DNA of 64,000 bases from Lophium mytilinum. Lineage: Eukaryota. The DNA lies in the NCBI GenBank assembly GCA_010093605.1, contig MU004186.1, positions 327,765 through 391,764 of the forward strand, read 5' to 3'. Positions within the stretch are counted from its first letter, which is position 1. Each line of letters starts with the position of its first letter. The translations under genes and the position numbers were made by a program. Positions 12,676 to 24,629 of this stretch are shown here, one piece after another. The notes beneath the pieces were generated by a model. The model ran no database searches, was not told where the DNA came from, and was given only the letters and a program-made list of their open reading frames with translations.

Positions 12676-14449
12676 ATGGCTACCTATGAGGCCGTCGAAC
12701 GAACAGCTAGCATCCAACTACCAACTCTCTCTTCAAGGTATGAGCCTCTACAGACCAATGCCTTGCGTACAAATGCAACGCTAGAAGCAGCATGTGCTTG
12801 GGGGAAGTGAGTATATCATCTTTCAAGTCTAATATCTCTATTGACACCATGTCCAGTACTCCAGACGGCGGCATGAGTATGTCTCTTCCCCCTAAACCAG
12901 CCCCTCAAACCGTCATAAAATGACGGGCCATGAGTCTATGCCTACCCGGTCGCCACTGCTTGGACTACTCCAATGAGTCTCAAATTTCTGAACGCGATGT
13001 CAAGCTCCCAGCATTGCAATTAAGACTGCTCTTCGTTCACCGGCTATTGACTAGCTGAGCTCCTCCTCCCAGTAGCAGCCAGTGAGCAAAGTTGGAGCCA
13101 AGCAGTGACAACTCCATATGCCCAGACTCACGGCCGAGTACTGTAACCCAAACACTAACACTACAAAGACCGCCTCGCCTCCAACGACGACGACAAACGC
13201 GTCCGAGACTGGTTCATCGCCGAAACCTCCAAATTCGGCTGCCACCACAAGATCGACGCCATGGGCAACATCTTCGCCATCCGGCCCGGCCAAAACAACG
13301 CCCTCGCCCCCATCGGCCTCGGCTCCCATCTCGACACCCAGCCCACTGGCGGCAAATACGACGGCATCCTCGGCGTTATCTCCGCCATGGAAGTTCTCCA
13401 GACCATCCACGAGAACAAGATCACCACCTACGCGCCCCTCGCCGTCATCAATTGGACGAATGAGGAAGGCGCCCGCTTCCCGCCCGCGATGCTGTGCTCG
13501 GGTGTCTGGGGTGGGGCGTTCACGACGGAGTACGGGCACTCGCGGACGGATCCGGAGGGGCTGACGTTGAAGGAGGAATTAGAGCGGATTGGGTATCTGG
13601 GGGAGACGGAGTGTTCGTTTGAGAAGAATCCGTTGACGGCGCACTTTGAGGTGCATATTGAGCAAGGGCCGGTGCTGGATCAGGCGGAGGAGGCGGCGGC
13701 AGTGGTGAAGGGGGTGCAGTCGATTAGGTGGTACAATGTGGGCTTGGTGGGGAGGGAGGCGCATACGGGGACGACGCCGATGAATAGGAGGAGTGATGCG
13801 TTATTGGGTGCTGCGAAGATGATTGTAAGTGTACTGCGAGGGTGTTTGGAGGTGGTTGCTAATTGACGAGAATAGGTTGAAACCAACCGCTTCGTCACGG
13901 AAGGTGAAGTAGCTGCTCGAGGTGGCCGTGCCACGATCGCTGTGATCAACTCGTCGCCGCAGAGCATTAACACTATTGCCGGCCATGTGGATTTCGGACT
14001 CGACATCCGAGCACCTGCAGATTCCGACGTCGAGCTCATTGAGGCAATGTGCCGTAAAAGGTTCGCGGAAATTTGCGACGAAATCGGCCTCGAAATGACA
14101 TTCGACAACTTCTGGGTCTCACCCGCGGTGAACTTTGATCCTACGATGATCGAGTGCGTGAGGAGTTCTGCGCGAGAGATTGGATGCACGACGGAGCTGG
14201 TGAGTGGCGCAGGACATGACAGTGTCTACACGAACAAGAAGGTGCCGACTGCTATGATCTTCGTGCGTTGTCGCGACGGTATTAGCCACAATCCGGCTGA
14301 GTACACGAGACCGGAGGAGTAAGCCATTCTATTCCTACTTTGAAAACACTTGCTAACACTTAAAAAGTTGCGCTGCCGGTGCTCAGGTGCTTCTGGGTGC
14401 GTATTTGCGATATGATGATTATCTCAGGAGAGCAGCGGCAAAAATGTAG
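12676..14449 (+). CDS. M20-family N-carbamoyl-amino-acid amidohydrolase / beta-ureidopropionase-like (Pyd3/allantoate amidohydrolase family)
   Basis: GGMNRLASNDDDKRVRDWF, GSHLDTQPTGGKYDGILGV, WTNEEGARF, HFEVHIEQGPVL, HTGTTPM, SGAGHDS, GISHNPAEY; four introns. Confidence 0.93.
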
Positions 14450-14680
14450 AGCTATAGATATCACAGTTTCCGTAGCATGGTTGGGGGCCGCGGGTTGATA
14501 ATTATTATCGTGTATTTACTTACAATCAGTCTTTGCATCTTGAAATGGAAAGCTGTGTCAATATGGGGGCATTGAGATAAGAGTAAAGTCATGAAGGAAT
14601 TGTCACTCATTAAAGCGTATGCGCTAATGTGCTCTATGATTTGCTGAAGCTATGTTTAACATCTTTAGTATCTCAATAAT

Positions 14681-16347
14681 CTAACGTCCAATAAACTTCA
14701 ACTCTAGGAAGCGCAGCGGAGCGTATACTATAGCTGCCCAGGACATAGCGAGTGGGATTCCCAACTACATAAAGTTAGCTGAGAGAAATCAACTCTCGTG
14801 AGTGCAAACTTACATCAGCGCCATTACCAACGAGTTTTGCGATGGGACCAGTGTAGTAAGTCTGGTACATTCCCATCACAGCACCTACCCATCCCACACC
14901 GAAGCCGACGAAAGCAGCATAGCCTATAGGCAAAGCCGACTTTACATTCCAGTGGGACCAGTCATAGCCGGACTTGCGACGGAAAATCAGTTGCTCTTCA
15001 ATAGTCATAGCGACCTGTGATAAGTGTCAAAACATGGCATTGGTTGAATAATAATGCGGATGGAACCCACCCAGCCCACAGTCCAATACCCAATAATACT
15101 CAAGAAGTTGATGAAGATCGAGAATAAATGATCACGGCCACCAATTGCGCAGGCAAGATATATGATGACTGTGACTGTGCTCCAGATCGGTTGCGGAACC
15201 TTAGCGAACCACCGTCCAAACATTTGCCAATTGAGAGCAGCCGCGTAGGTTCCCGGGATATTGTTTGCCGTAACGCAGATAGCGAGGATAACGGCGCAGA
15301 ACTTGCCAAAGTTGCCTAGAGGAGCGAAGGCTTCGACGATGAGGGCGCCAACGCCATGGCTTGAGAAAGCAGCAGCGAAGTCCGGGTTGGTCGTGAGTCC
15401 GCTGCCGAGACCGATGCCTAGAAACTCGATGAATAGCTTACCAAACACCATTCCGCATGTTGTCATTGCGAAGACGAGGTATTTGTTGGTCTGAGGTGGG
15501 TAATAAGAGTAGTAGTCGGCTGCTGCGGAGGTCCATCCAAGGGGCCCGGAAGCAGTGAGGAAGAAATAACTCAATCGGTTGCCAGCAAGAACTGCGCCAG
15601 AGCCAGCACTTGATGTGGTGATGTCGAACTTAGGGCCAGCAACGCCGATGAGGATGAACAGTGATATGACAGTTGGTGCCCAGACGTAGCTAAGGAGATC
15701 AGCTTAGCTCCAGAGTTTCACAACATTCGGGAAGCGTGCTCACCTTTCGAACTTATGGAACCACCTGATACCAAAGGTTGCGACAACCCAAGAAATGAGG
15801 GCGCAGACAACAATGCCAGTGATCACAGACATGCCGTGGCCATTGACTGCGCTCAGAATAAGACCTCCAACCAAGCAATCAATGACTCCATAGCCAAGCT
15901 CAATAACTAGATTGAGTAGAACGCAAAGCTTTGAAGGCCACCATCCCATGGTATACTTAGCAATGATCAGTGTTCGCAAGCCTGATTGAGGTCCGAAAGA
16001 AGAGAGGTATCCAGAACACATAGCACCAAATATCGTTCCGAACATGCAACATCTGATCTTCTATCAGCTCAGGCAACATCCTATGTTTGGTCAAATACTC
16101 ACAGAATGGAATCCGTAAAGCCCAATCCATAAGCTACCGGGCCCAATATCCCTAAAGTCATCTGGTTCGCGGTGCAGTTGATCGAAAACCACATGACAAA
16201 CATGTGGACGTAATCGCCAGTCACCACCTTCCTCGCTCGCAGCTCCTCGGGAATTCTTGTGATACCTTGACTCTCGACACCCAAAGCTTTATCAAGTCGA
16301 CCTGCCCACCGTTGGAGTTTGTTCTGTTGAGCAAGGGGATCGCCCAT
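14681..16347 (-). CDS. NCS1 nucleobase:cation symporter (Fcy2/Tpn1 purine-cytosine permease family)
   Basis: GVESQGITRIPE, WFSINCT, FGPQSGLRTLII, GWTSAAADYYSYYP, NNIPGTYAAAL, NFLSIIGYW, M-YQTYYTGPIA. Start codon uncertain. Confidence 0.9.
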
Positions 16348-17127
16348 CTCTTCCACGCCGCCCTCGCGGACGCTGGACGATGAAGTGACTGGCTCGACGA
16401 CCTTTTCGTCCTTATTGTAGAGGGATGGAGAAAGTTGACTGAAATTGGATACGATGGAAAATAACTGTTCGCAATTCAAGATTTTCGGTTCGGGTCTGAA
16501 TGTTTGATCCTTCCAGATGTTTATCACTTACTCCGCGGTTCAGATAAATAAGGCGCTAGCGAAGGTGGGCGCGGTACGCCGATCCGATCCTGGAAATGAT
16601 AAAGCATACGACGGGACGGTGCGCTCTTTGGGATTGCTATCTGGGAAGATCAGCAGATTAGAACGATAAAGAGGGCTACAGAGTCATGCTCTACCATCTC
16701 TGATACGCCCGCCTAGCAGAGATCACAGTTCGACGGGTTTGGTGGACGCGGATGTCCGCGCTAATCGGCCCTAATACCCAAACACCGCTCCCATGGTATC
16801 TGGATAGCTTGACAGCCAGATCTGGACCCAAGGCAGTGGTAAACCGGAGTGAGTGCAGGGTGGTTCTAGGCCTTTCTGAAGTATTACAATCTAATACTGT
16901 ATAGTTTCAGAAAATCGTGGAGTGAGCGGGATGCTTCAAGGAAAGTATTGTCCTTTCTGATTGCCGTACCACTATGAGACCCCGGGTAAGTTTCGAGCAT
17001 TCAAAACATAGCCCAGATGCTGTCTTTACAAACCTCGTCACTTGACGCGGTCCAAACATGAAAGAGAAAATAGGTGTGTACGAGCAGTAATGGACTAATA
17101 TCATCCTAGTAGTGCAGTATCGCGTTG

Positions 17128-18557
17128 CTATACCACTTTTGTTACTTGTGGGATAGAACTTGCCGTAGAGACTTTCGAGTCATCCGATGCGTCAACAGCA
17201 CTCAATCTACTTGAAAGCTCCGCTAGAAGGTCGTACTCCATCACCCACCGCATACGTTCTGCTACAGCCCCTGGCGAAAACTTCTGACTCCAAAGTTCTT
17301 CTGGAATATCTGCACTCGCTAGCTTCCCCGTCTCGTAGCTAGTCTTCGTGATCTTATCCGTTCGCGGCTTTCGAAGATCTTGGAAAAATTGAAAGGCACT
17401 TTCTGTGTCTGCTGATTGCCAATTGCTCATGACTTGTGCCAGTGCAAATCCGGATTCGATTGCCATACAAGCTCCTTGACCTAAATGCTGTTAGCGAACG
17501 TCGCGTGCACATACTACGTTGTGAAAAAGGATCCTACCTTGATGTGGAAGAGTCGAGTGAACAGAATCACCAATTAAGATTATGCCAGATTTCTGCGAGC
17601 TTTGCGCTGAGTACCACTTAGGCGTCGGGTCTCGAACATATAAAGTCTGTTTCAGGATTTTGCCATCCTCTGCTCCTTTTCGTAGGCCATGTATGATCTC
17701 TTGGACTGCTGGACTCCAGTCCTTGACGTGTTCGTAAAGATCGTCAACAGGCGCTTTCGCCAGCCAACTCTCGGATGTCCAGCCTTGGAGGGGCTCGGTC
17801 ATGAATCCGATTATACCAACTCGGTCAGTTTTAGATTCTTCATTTCCAATAGGCAGGGTGAGAACATGTCGCTGCGGTCCTCGGAAATTGACCGTTTTCC
17901 GTAAGAGATCGGCGGTTTCCGGAGTCAAGTCATCGTAGGCAACGTAGCCACGATACACCATTTGGCCGGAGTAAATGGGCTCATCGGTGAAGCCAAGATG
18001 CTGTCGCACTTTGGATTTGATTCCGTCGCAACCTACGACGATATCTGCTTTGGATTCCGTTCCATCTTGAAATTTGATCGTGTAACAGTCATCTGCCTCG
18101 TTGCGTTCAATGGCTACTAGCCGCTTCCCCTTGCTTATCTTTGAGTCAGGAACGTTCTTCTTCAGGACCTCTATCAAATGTGCGCGATGAATCTGCCGCG
18201 ATCGAGGCTCGCCAAACTCATCAATCTGTCCCAGGAACTCTCCAGTTCGGTAATGTCGGTACTCCATGTAACTCGGCGGGTCATGAGAGGACTTCCAAAG
18301 CATGTCATCCTTCAAGCCAAAAGCGTCGAGAACACGATTGGCATTGCGAGTGATATTGACACCTGTGAAAGGTTAGTAAAAGTTGTTGAGATTTCGTTGC
18401 CTGACTCTAGAAACTTACCAGCTCCAACTTCGGTGAACTCAGGCGCGGCCTCGTAAAGGTGCACATTTTCTAAGCCAGCATATAGAGCCGAGTTCATGAA
18501 GGCCATTCCTCCAATGCCGCCCCCAATTACCGCTATCCTCTGCCCTCGGAGAGCCAT
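17128..18557 (-). CDS. FAD-dependent aromatic hydroxylase (salicylate hydroxylase / 6-hydroxynicotinate 3-monooxygenase group)
   Basis: RIAVIGGGIGG, EAAPEFTEVGAG, IHRAHL, VVGCDGIKSKVR, LIGDSVHSTLPHQ|GQGACMAIESG. Confidence 0.92.
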
Positions 18558-18914
18558 GGCGTGAACGTATTGGTGACAAGAGCGGTGATTTCGAAGGCAC
18601 TTTCGTCGTCAATGTAGGTAAATGTACACCTTTGACGCGCCTGTCGATGGGATTTGATGTGGACATATTGGCTATTGTATGATAGTGATGGAACAGGTCC
18701 TCTTTCAGATGGGCCAGTGGTGTGAGGGCTGAAGCGCTCATCGCCGACGCGACGCTTTTCGGAGAGAAGTGTGCGGGGCGAGAAACGACACCAACTTTCG
18801 ACATGACTCGTGAGAGGCCGGAGGATATCCGACCACCGCATCGCCCCCGCCGCCCTTTCATCAGTCTCACCGTTGTTCTCCGATACAGCTGCTTCGCAGT
18901 CCCCTCGTACATGG

Positions 18915-20921
18915 ATGTCGACGTCAAGAGAGCTTATTCAGCAGCTGCTTTCGACCTGCCAGAGATGTAGGCGATTGAGGAGAAAATGCGATACGCTATT
19001 ACCAGACTGCAGACTGTGCCGCAAGGTCTGTACCCCCCTTAATGGCCATGACTATAGACTGACTTCTTTGCCAAAGGCTGGTGTAGAGTGCTATCATTTT
19101 GACCACGCGCTACAGCAATCGCTACCGCGAGCGTAAGCACCACTTATGCCTCTCATCTCTCGTTTTAACCCATAGTGCAGATATGTTCATTCTCTCCTTG
19201 CCCGTTTAGAGCATCTCGAGGCTGTGAAACGCACCGCTGAAGGACCTTCTGATCAGCAGGATGTCCCACTCCCTGTGCTGCCTGATACTCCATTATCAGA
19301 CAATCTCTTTCCCCATGCATCTCCGTTCCAAACCTCTCCGGTGGTTATTCGAGAACATGCTCCCGATAGCGTCGAGTATTACTCATACTTGAAGAACGAC
19401 CAGATAGACACGTTCGATAAACATTTCATCATACCGTCAGCCGCTGGGAGATCGCGTTTCTTCGGTGCAAGCTCCGTATTTACTATCTCTGTCGAACTCT
19501 ACCATCATGCGATAACCACTGGTCTCCTTCCAGAAGGATCTTTGAGTCTCCCCGTATCACGAGACAATGATGAGATGGAGCCTGTAGAGCCTGTGGCTCT
19601 ACACTTCAACCACCAAGCTCAAGCTGAATCCGTCAGGGAATTGTGCAGATTCTATTTTGTTACCTCGAACGTTTTGTATGGATTCGTGGACGAACATCTG
19701 GCAGCGAATGACATCCAGGCGTATCTTGACCTCAAAGATAATCCCCGTCTGAATCCGCAAGATCTACGAGGCATGGAAGCGCATCAGTACTTCAGGGTGA
19801 GCATGATGTGTGCTATTTCATGCTCCACCCAGGCTCGACATCGACACAAACGGCTTGTAGAGGGTATGGAGTACTACCAAAACGCCCTAGATTGTGTCGA
19901 GGAAGTCACCTCAGAAGTGACCCCATCATCTTTGCAGGCCCTGTTGCTTCTTGCTATCTTCTGCCTCTTCCACCCCCGGAAGGGTGACATCTGGAAATTG
20001 CTTGATTACGCGTGTAGGCTCAGCGTAGAACTGGGTTATCATACCGAGCAGCAAGTGGAACTAGAAACCGAGGCACAGAAAAGGCTGCGTCGGTCGACAT
20101 TTTGGGGTCTCTATGCAATTGAACGAATCGTTGGCCAGCTCTTTGGGCGTGGCTCTGACCTCCCCGAACCTATCATTACGACCGAATATCCGCGCAGCCT
20201 TTCCGCTATCGACAGCATGGATCAAGCCTCTGTACAGCCGATATCGATCGCACATCATTATCGACTGGTTTATCTACGGTCTGAAATATTCCGGGATCTT
20301 TACATGCCCGCAAACCCTCCTCAGTTCGAATTCGACTGGTATCGCGATCGTTTCAGTACGCTTCACCTTTGGCGACAAGAACATCTAGTTTCAGACGATG
20401 ACTTAGCAGGACCCGGAACTATTAGCTGTGACGTTGGCTATAATTCCACGATTTGCTTTTTATTCCAGCCACTGCTGCTTGTCGCGCTTCGGACCACAGC
20501 AACGAAACACGATGGCTCGTCGGTAGACTTGAAAGCTATACCACAGGATAATTACTGGTCAGCTTGCGCATTGATTCGAGCATACGAAAAGGTTATTCGC
20601 GCTCCGGAGAAATCAGTACTAGGCGCGTATCCAATGACGTTCCTCTCTGCACATTACATCTATCTTGCCGGTGTCACATTGATGGCTCATGCTCTACTTG
20701 CAATCGACGGCAGAGTGCCGGTCTTAAAGCCAATGTTGCAGCTTAGAGAGACACCAGAAATTGGCTCACTAGATTTCACCACTCTCTACGAGATCTCAAA
20801 CTCTTGCCTAGTATTGCTTTGTTTTTGCGCGGAAAGATGGACGGGAATGGAAGGGATGCAATATGCATTCAAGAAGCTTGCCGATAAAGTCATTCCTGCA
20901 CTTCTCAGAAGACAGCCTTGA
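18915..20921 (+). CDS. Zn(II)2Cys6 transcription factor with fungal-specific TF domain
   Basis: CQRCRRLRRKCDTLLPDCRLCRK|AGVEC; RLRRSTFWGLYAIERIVGQLFGRGSDLP. Confidence 0.9.
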
Positions 20922-20933
20922 CGACGTGATAGC

Positions 20934-22118
20934 TCAATACGTGGCTGTGAGCCGGTTTACCATCCATTCGCCTGGATATATCGGCGAATACTTTTTCGGC
21001 CTCTGCTCATCGAAGCAAGTTTCAATAGTGTTAACCAGGCGGTCGTGGTCTGGATGTGCGAAGTACTACGTCGGCTTTGTAAGTTTCTCGGCATCGATCG
21101 TAACAGCATAGCAGAACTTACTGCGATAGAGTAACGCGCAGAGAACGATCCATCATCCGTGGTCGGCGCGCTGGGTGGCGACACAACTCGGTGGTTTGTT
21201 GATTTGATAACATCATTGGTCCATATTTGCAACATGTCCCCTGGTACTCATGTTTAGCAAGGCATCCCATTGCTTGCAATGGAAGCTCATCACCTGAGTT
21301 TATCACAACCGCTCCTTCGATTGGCTCGACATCTTGCCACTCTCCCTCTGGTGTCCGCACTTGTAATCCACCACTCATGTCCTGGAACAGCAACGTAACC
21401 GTTCCATAGTCGGTGTGCGATCCTGCACGGACAGTGCCAGGTTGCTCTAAAACCTGTTTTGATACAACGGGATAGTGCAAAAGCCGTAGAACATGATCAC
21501 CAGCAGTAACGTATTGCTTGAAAAAGTCTCTGTCGAGTCCCAACCCCTCGGCCACCGCACAAAGGAGCTCATGATGTAGCTCATCGCAGCTCTCGTAGAA
21601 TGCCCGCATCGCCTCGCCAAAGTCAGGGAGCTCAGTATCTGGGTAATGATTTTTCCATGGCTTCGCTGGATAACGACCTGCATCACTTCCGATCTCCAAG
21701 GATTCTTTAAGGTCTGGCACTGCGGCACGCAGCTTCGCAATCGAGGCTTCGTCTTTGCTGTCCAAATCAAGGTTGGTTACTTTTTCGACGCCCATGCCAG
21801 AATATCCCCGATTTGCTTCCTTGTTGACATTCGGATGCTTGTCTTTGACAGATTTTGGGAGAGCAAAGTATTGTCTACTCCATTCGAATGCATTAGCTGG
21901 AGAGAGGCCGCTGTTCGTGAGGTAGAGGAATCCCGAGGTGGTGAAGCCGCTAATGATCTCCGAGACGCAGGCGGCCTTTTCTTCCAATGTGCCGTGGAGG
22001 TATTTGGAGAAGTCTATGAGTGGAATTTGAAAAGACGACTTTTGGTAGCTATGTCAGTTAAGCTTTTTCTCGAGTCACAGCCTACGCAACCTCATACCTT
22101 GGCTTCGAGTTTAGTCAT
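20934..22118 (-). CDS. 2-oxoglutarate/Fe(II) dioxygenase, thymine-7-hydroxylase-like (DIOX_N + 2OG-FeII_Oxy)
   Basis: IPLIDFSKYL, ANRGYS.GVEKVT, PDLKESLEIG, LRLLHYP, VRAGSHTDYGTVTLLFQD..GGLQV, KSTNHRVV, RYSIAYF, C-terminal RLTATY. These motifs resemble Neurospora thymine-7-hydroxylase as recalled; not aligned. Confidence 0.88.
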
Positions 22119-22912
22119 CGTGAGCGAAATATCAGCTTTCTTTATTCTCAAATTTTTAACAACACCTTGCGCGCCTCGTATGAAGGTAAAAAGAGTCTCT
22201 AGGCAGGCCAGCCATTGTATATACCATAGGTCTTGGTTCTGTCGATGAACTGGGGTCGTGATAAGGCTCTTTCAAGCGCGGGCGGTGTTCTCCGATATTC
22301 ATTCGACGGTGATCTAGACTTATCCTCATATTTTATTAGTCACGTGCTATGTTATGATACCTTTATTTAGGACTCGTTTGAAAGGTAGCCAAAGAACGAT
22401 GACGACAATCTGTATAAAAGAGTTCTAAAAGTACTCTTTAGTACTCTAATGCTTAGCCGGCACAGGTACGTTTCCCCACCCCTCACTATTTCCATTGATA
22501 TCTTCCAAAGTCCGAAGTACTAATCAGCCAGTCATATGCACATGATATCAATGCTGCGATCGAGTTCCAAGTATATTACTTCCGACAGCCTGAGAATTTT
22601 CGATACAGCCCCTTTCATAGGGCCCATGGCGATGCCGTGGTAATAGAATGTGTTTGAGCTATGTTCAAACACATTGCAGGGAATAGCAGTTGCGTTATAC
22701 AATACTTGCGCTAAAAGTACATTGTGACAGTGCAGGTCAACGATTCAAGTGCATCGAATGCATTGTTCACTTACGTCGCATAAATACTGCTAATATTCAT
22801 GGACTCTTAAACCCATCATCGCTCAGGGTGGTATTTTCATCTTAATTCCCATTCAACAGCGACGGTCGGCACGCTCTCAGCAGACGCCCTCATTGCCAGC
22901 CCACGTACCGCA

Positions 22913-23617
22913 ATGGTTGGCACTTTCTCATCAGGCGTCCTGAATGCCTTCGTCCTAGACAGCTCAGCCCCAGCAACAGGCATCATCGATACGCCCATCA
23001 CTGGACCCTCAGGCGGCACTGCTTGGTGGGAGACTCCTACTACCCTACGCTCTAGATACTCCGGGCGGCATCAGACCTCCTACCTCGAGGCTGCCCCGAA
23101 GATGATAGCAGACACGAAGATGTCTCGACCTACCCGCAACGTCCTCGTAAAGCCCCATGAGCTTCCGCGGCCAACTCAGACTCCTCGAAAGAAGTCTCGG
23201 TATTATGCAGGCATGAATTCCCCTCCGCCGAGCCGCAAATATGAACCTGCTCGCCCTCGTGGGCTCCCGGGCTTAGCCTACATCGGCCCAGACAAGCATG
23301 AGGATGCTAAACGCCCTTATACGAATGGGCTAACCCGTGAGGAAGCCCTCAATAAATGGCAAAAGTTGCGCGAAGAGCATGCGGAGCGCCCTAAGCCACG
23401 TACGTCCTCACTTTCTGCTGATAAACTTAGGTCGTGCCGCTCCGTGGCTAACTTCTCTAGGCCATTCTACAGCCAGCCAAATGCTACGCAAATCAGCATT
23501 TGCAGTTCAGCAACAGATCTCGCTGAGTCGCCTGATTGCAGAGATGAAGCTGCGAAGAAGCTCGCGAAGAAGCCGTCGCGAATGCGCCTCGTCATGAAGA
23601 AGATGGGTGGCTCATAG
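22913..23617 (+). CDS. Hypothetical protein (234 aa, disordered, basic C-terminus)
   Basis: Intronless ATG-initiated ORF; no recognisable domain. Confidence 0.5.
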   Translation: MVGTFSSGVLNAFVLDSSAPATGIIDTPITGPSGGTAWWETPTTLRSRYSGRHQTSYLEAAPKMIADTKMSRPTRNVLVKPHELPRPTQTPRKKSRYYAGMNSPPPSRKYEPARPRGLPGLAYIGPDKHEDAKRPYTNGLTREEALNKWQKLREEHAERPKPRTSSLSADKLRSCRSVANFSRPFYSQPNATQISICSSATDLAESPDCRDEAAKKLAKKPSRMRLVMKKMGGS

Positions 23618-24182
23618 ATGACTGACTACCATAGACCGCTCACATGTTTGATAGGTTCCAGAAACGGTTGTTTTGCAATCTTTGCTGGCGCATTGGAGAT
23701 AAGTTTCATTTCAGAACTCAGTCAGCTTTCTAAAGTTATTTTTGAATCTCAAAGCTACAGTCAGATAATCAGACTCTTTCACGAATACTCTCCCCCCACC
23801 GTCTACTCTGCTGTGATAAAAGCGTGCACACCGCAAACATGGAACGTATTTGATCTACAGTTTCATCCTAGATCATAGTATATGGGCTTTCACAAGCCGC
23901 AGATTGTATTTTCCTTCAAGGTAAATTATCATTTGTTTTGTGTTTTGTGTGCGCGAGTCTAACAAATTCATACTGTGCCAATCGTGATCATGTCACACGC
24001 CATTCTCGATATACGTTGTTCATCCACAACCTTAGTGTATGTTGCAGAAGACATATACAAGCATCTTTAGGACCTCTTTCCAAAGCATACGCTTCCCCTT
24101 TCCATAACCTCCGGATCTAGAATCCTTCGAAAATTCATAACATTCGCAACCAACCAATCTGCAATCCCGTCAATCATCGCCA

Positions 24183-24629
24183 ATGGAACACGGTCCACAG
24201 AAGCCCGACAAGCACCTTCGTTTCTCTGATACTGCGCAGGTTTCCATCATTCCCCCAGAGCTAGACACTTTCGCAAATGACAGGCCAGCTCCCGAGCCGT
24301 CTAATAATGACTACATGCTTTCGGAGCGTATGTGGCGAAGCGCCACGGAAAGACAGCGTCGCGTGGATGAGCAGCGCATGCAATCCGGGTTGCAAGACGA
24401 GATGCTATCAGGTGCGCCCACATCCCCGAATTCGCAAGGCGAGGTAGGCAATAGTGATACAGAAATCGAGAAGTCCATGCAGGACGGCAAAGCTGTCGGT
24501 CGGAAGGCGGAGCGCAAAGTACTAAAGTGGCTTGACAAGAAGCTTGCTAGACGAAAAGGAGGCCAAAACGAATGGTTTGTCAGTGTCCCCAATCTGGTAT
24601 TACTAGATGTGCGGCGGAACGAACGATAG
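24183..24629 (+). CDS. Hypothetical protein (148 aa)
   Basis: ATG in good context (gccaATG); no recognisable domain. Confidence 0.5.
   Translation: MEHGPQKPDKHLRFSDTAQVSIIPPELDTFANDRPAPEPSNNDYMLSERMWRSATERQRRVDEQRMQSGLQDEMLSGAPTSPNSQGEVGNSDTEIEKSMQDGKAVGRKAERKVLKWLDKKLARRKGGQNEWFVSVPNLVLLDVRRNER

Noticed and set aside
12877..13168. TPP riboswitch in the long intron
   Set aside because: The CUGAGA and GAU...AAU...GCG consensus elements are not found.
4235..22118. Secondary-metabolite biosynthetic cluster
   Set aside because: No PKS, NRPS, terpene or DMATS backbone gene in the window; importers plus ring-cleavage and hydrolase enzymes fit catabolism better.
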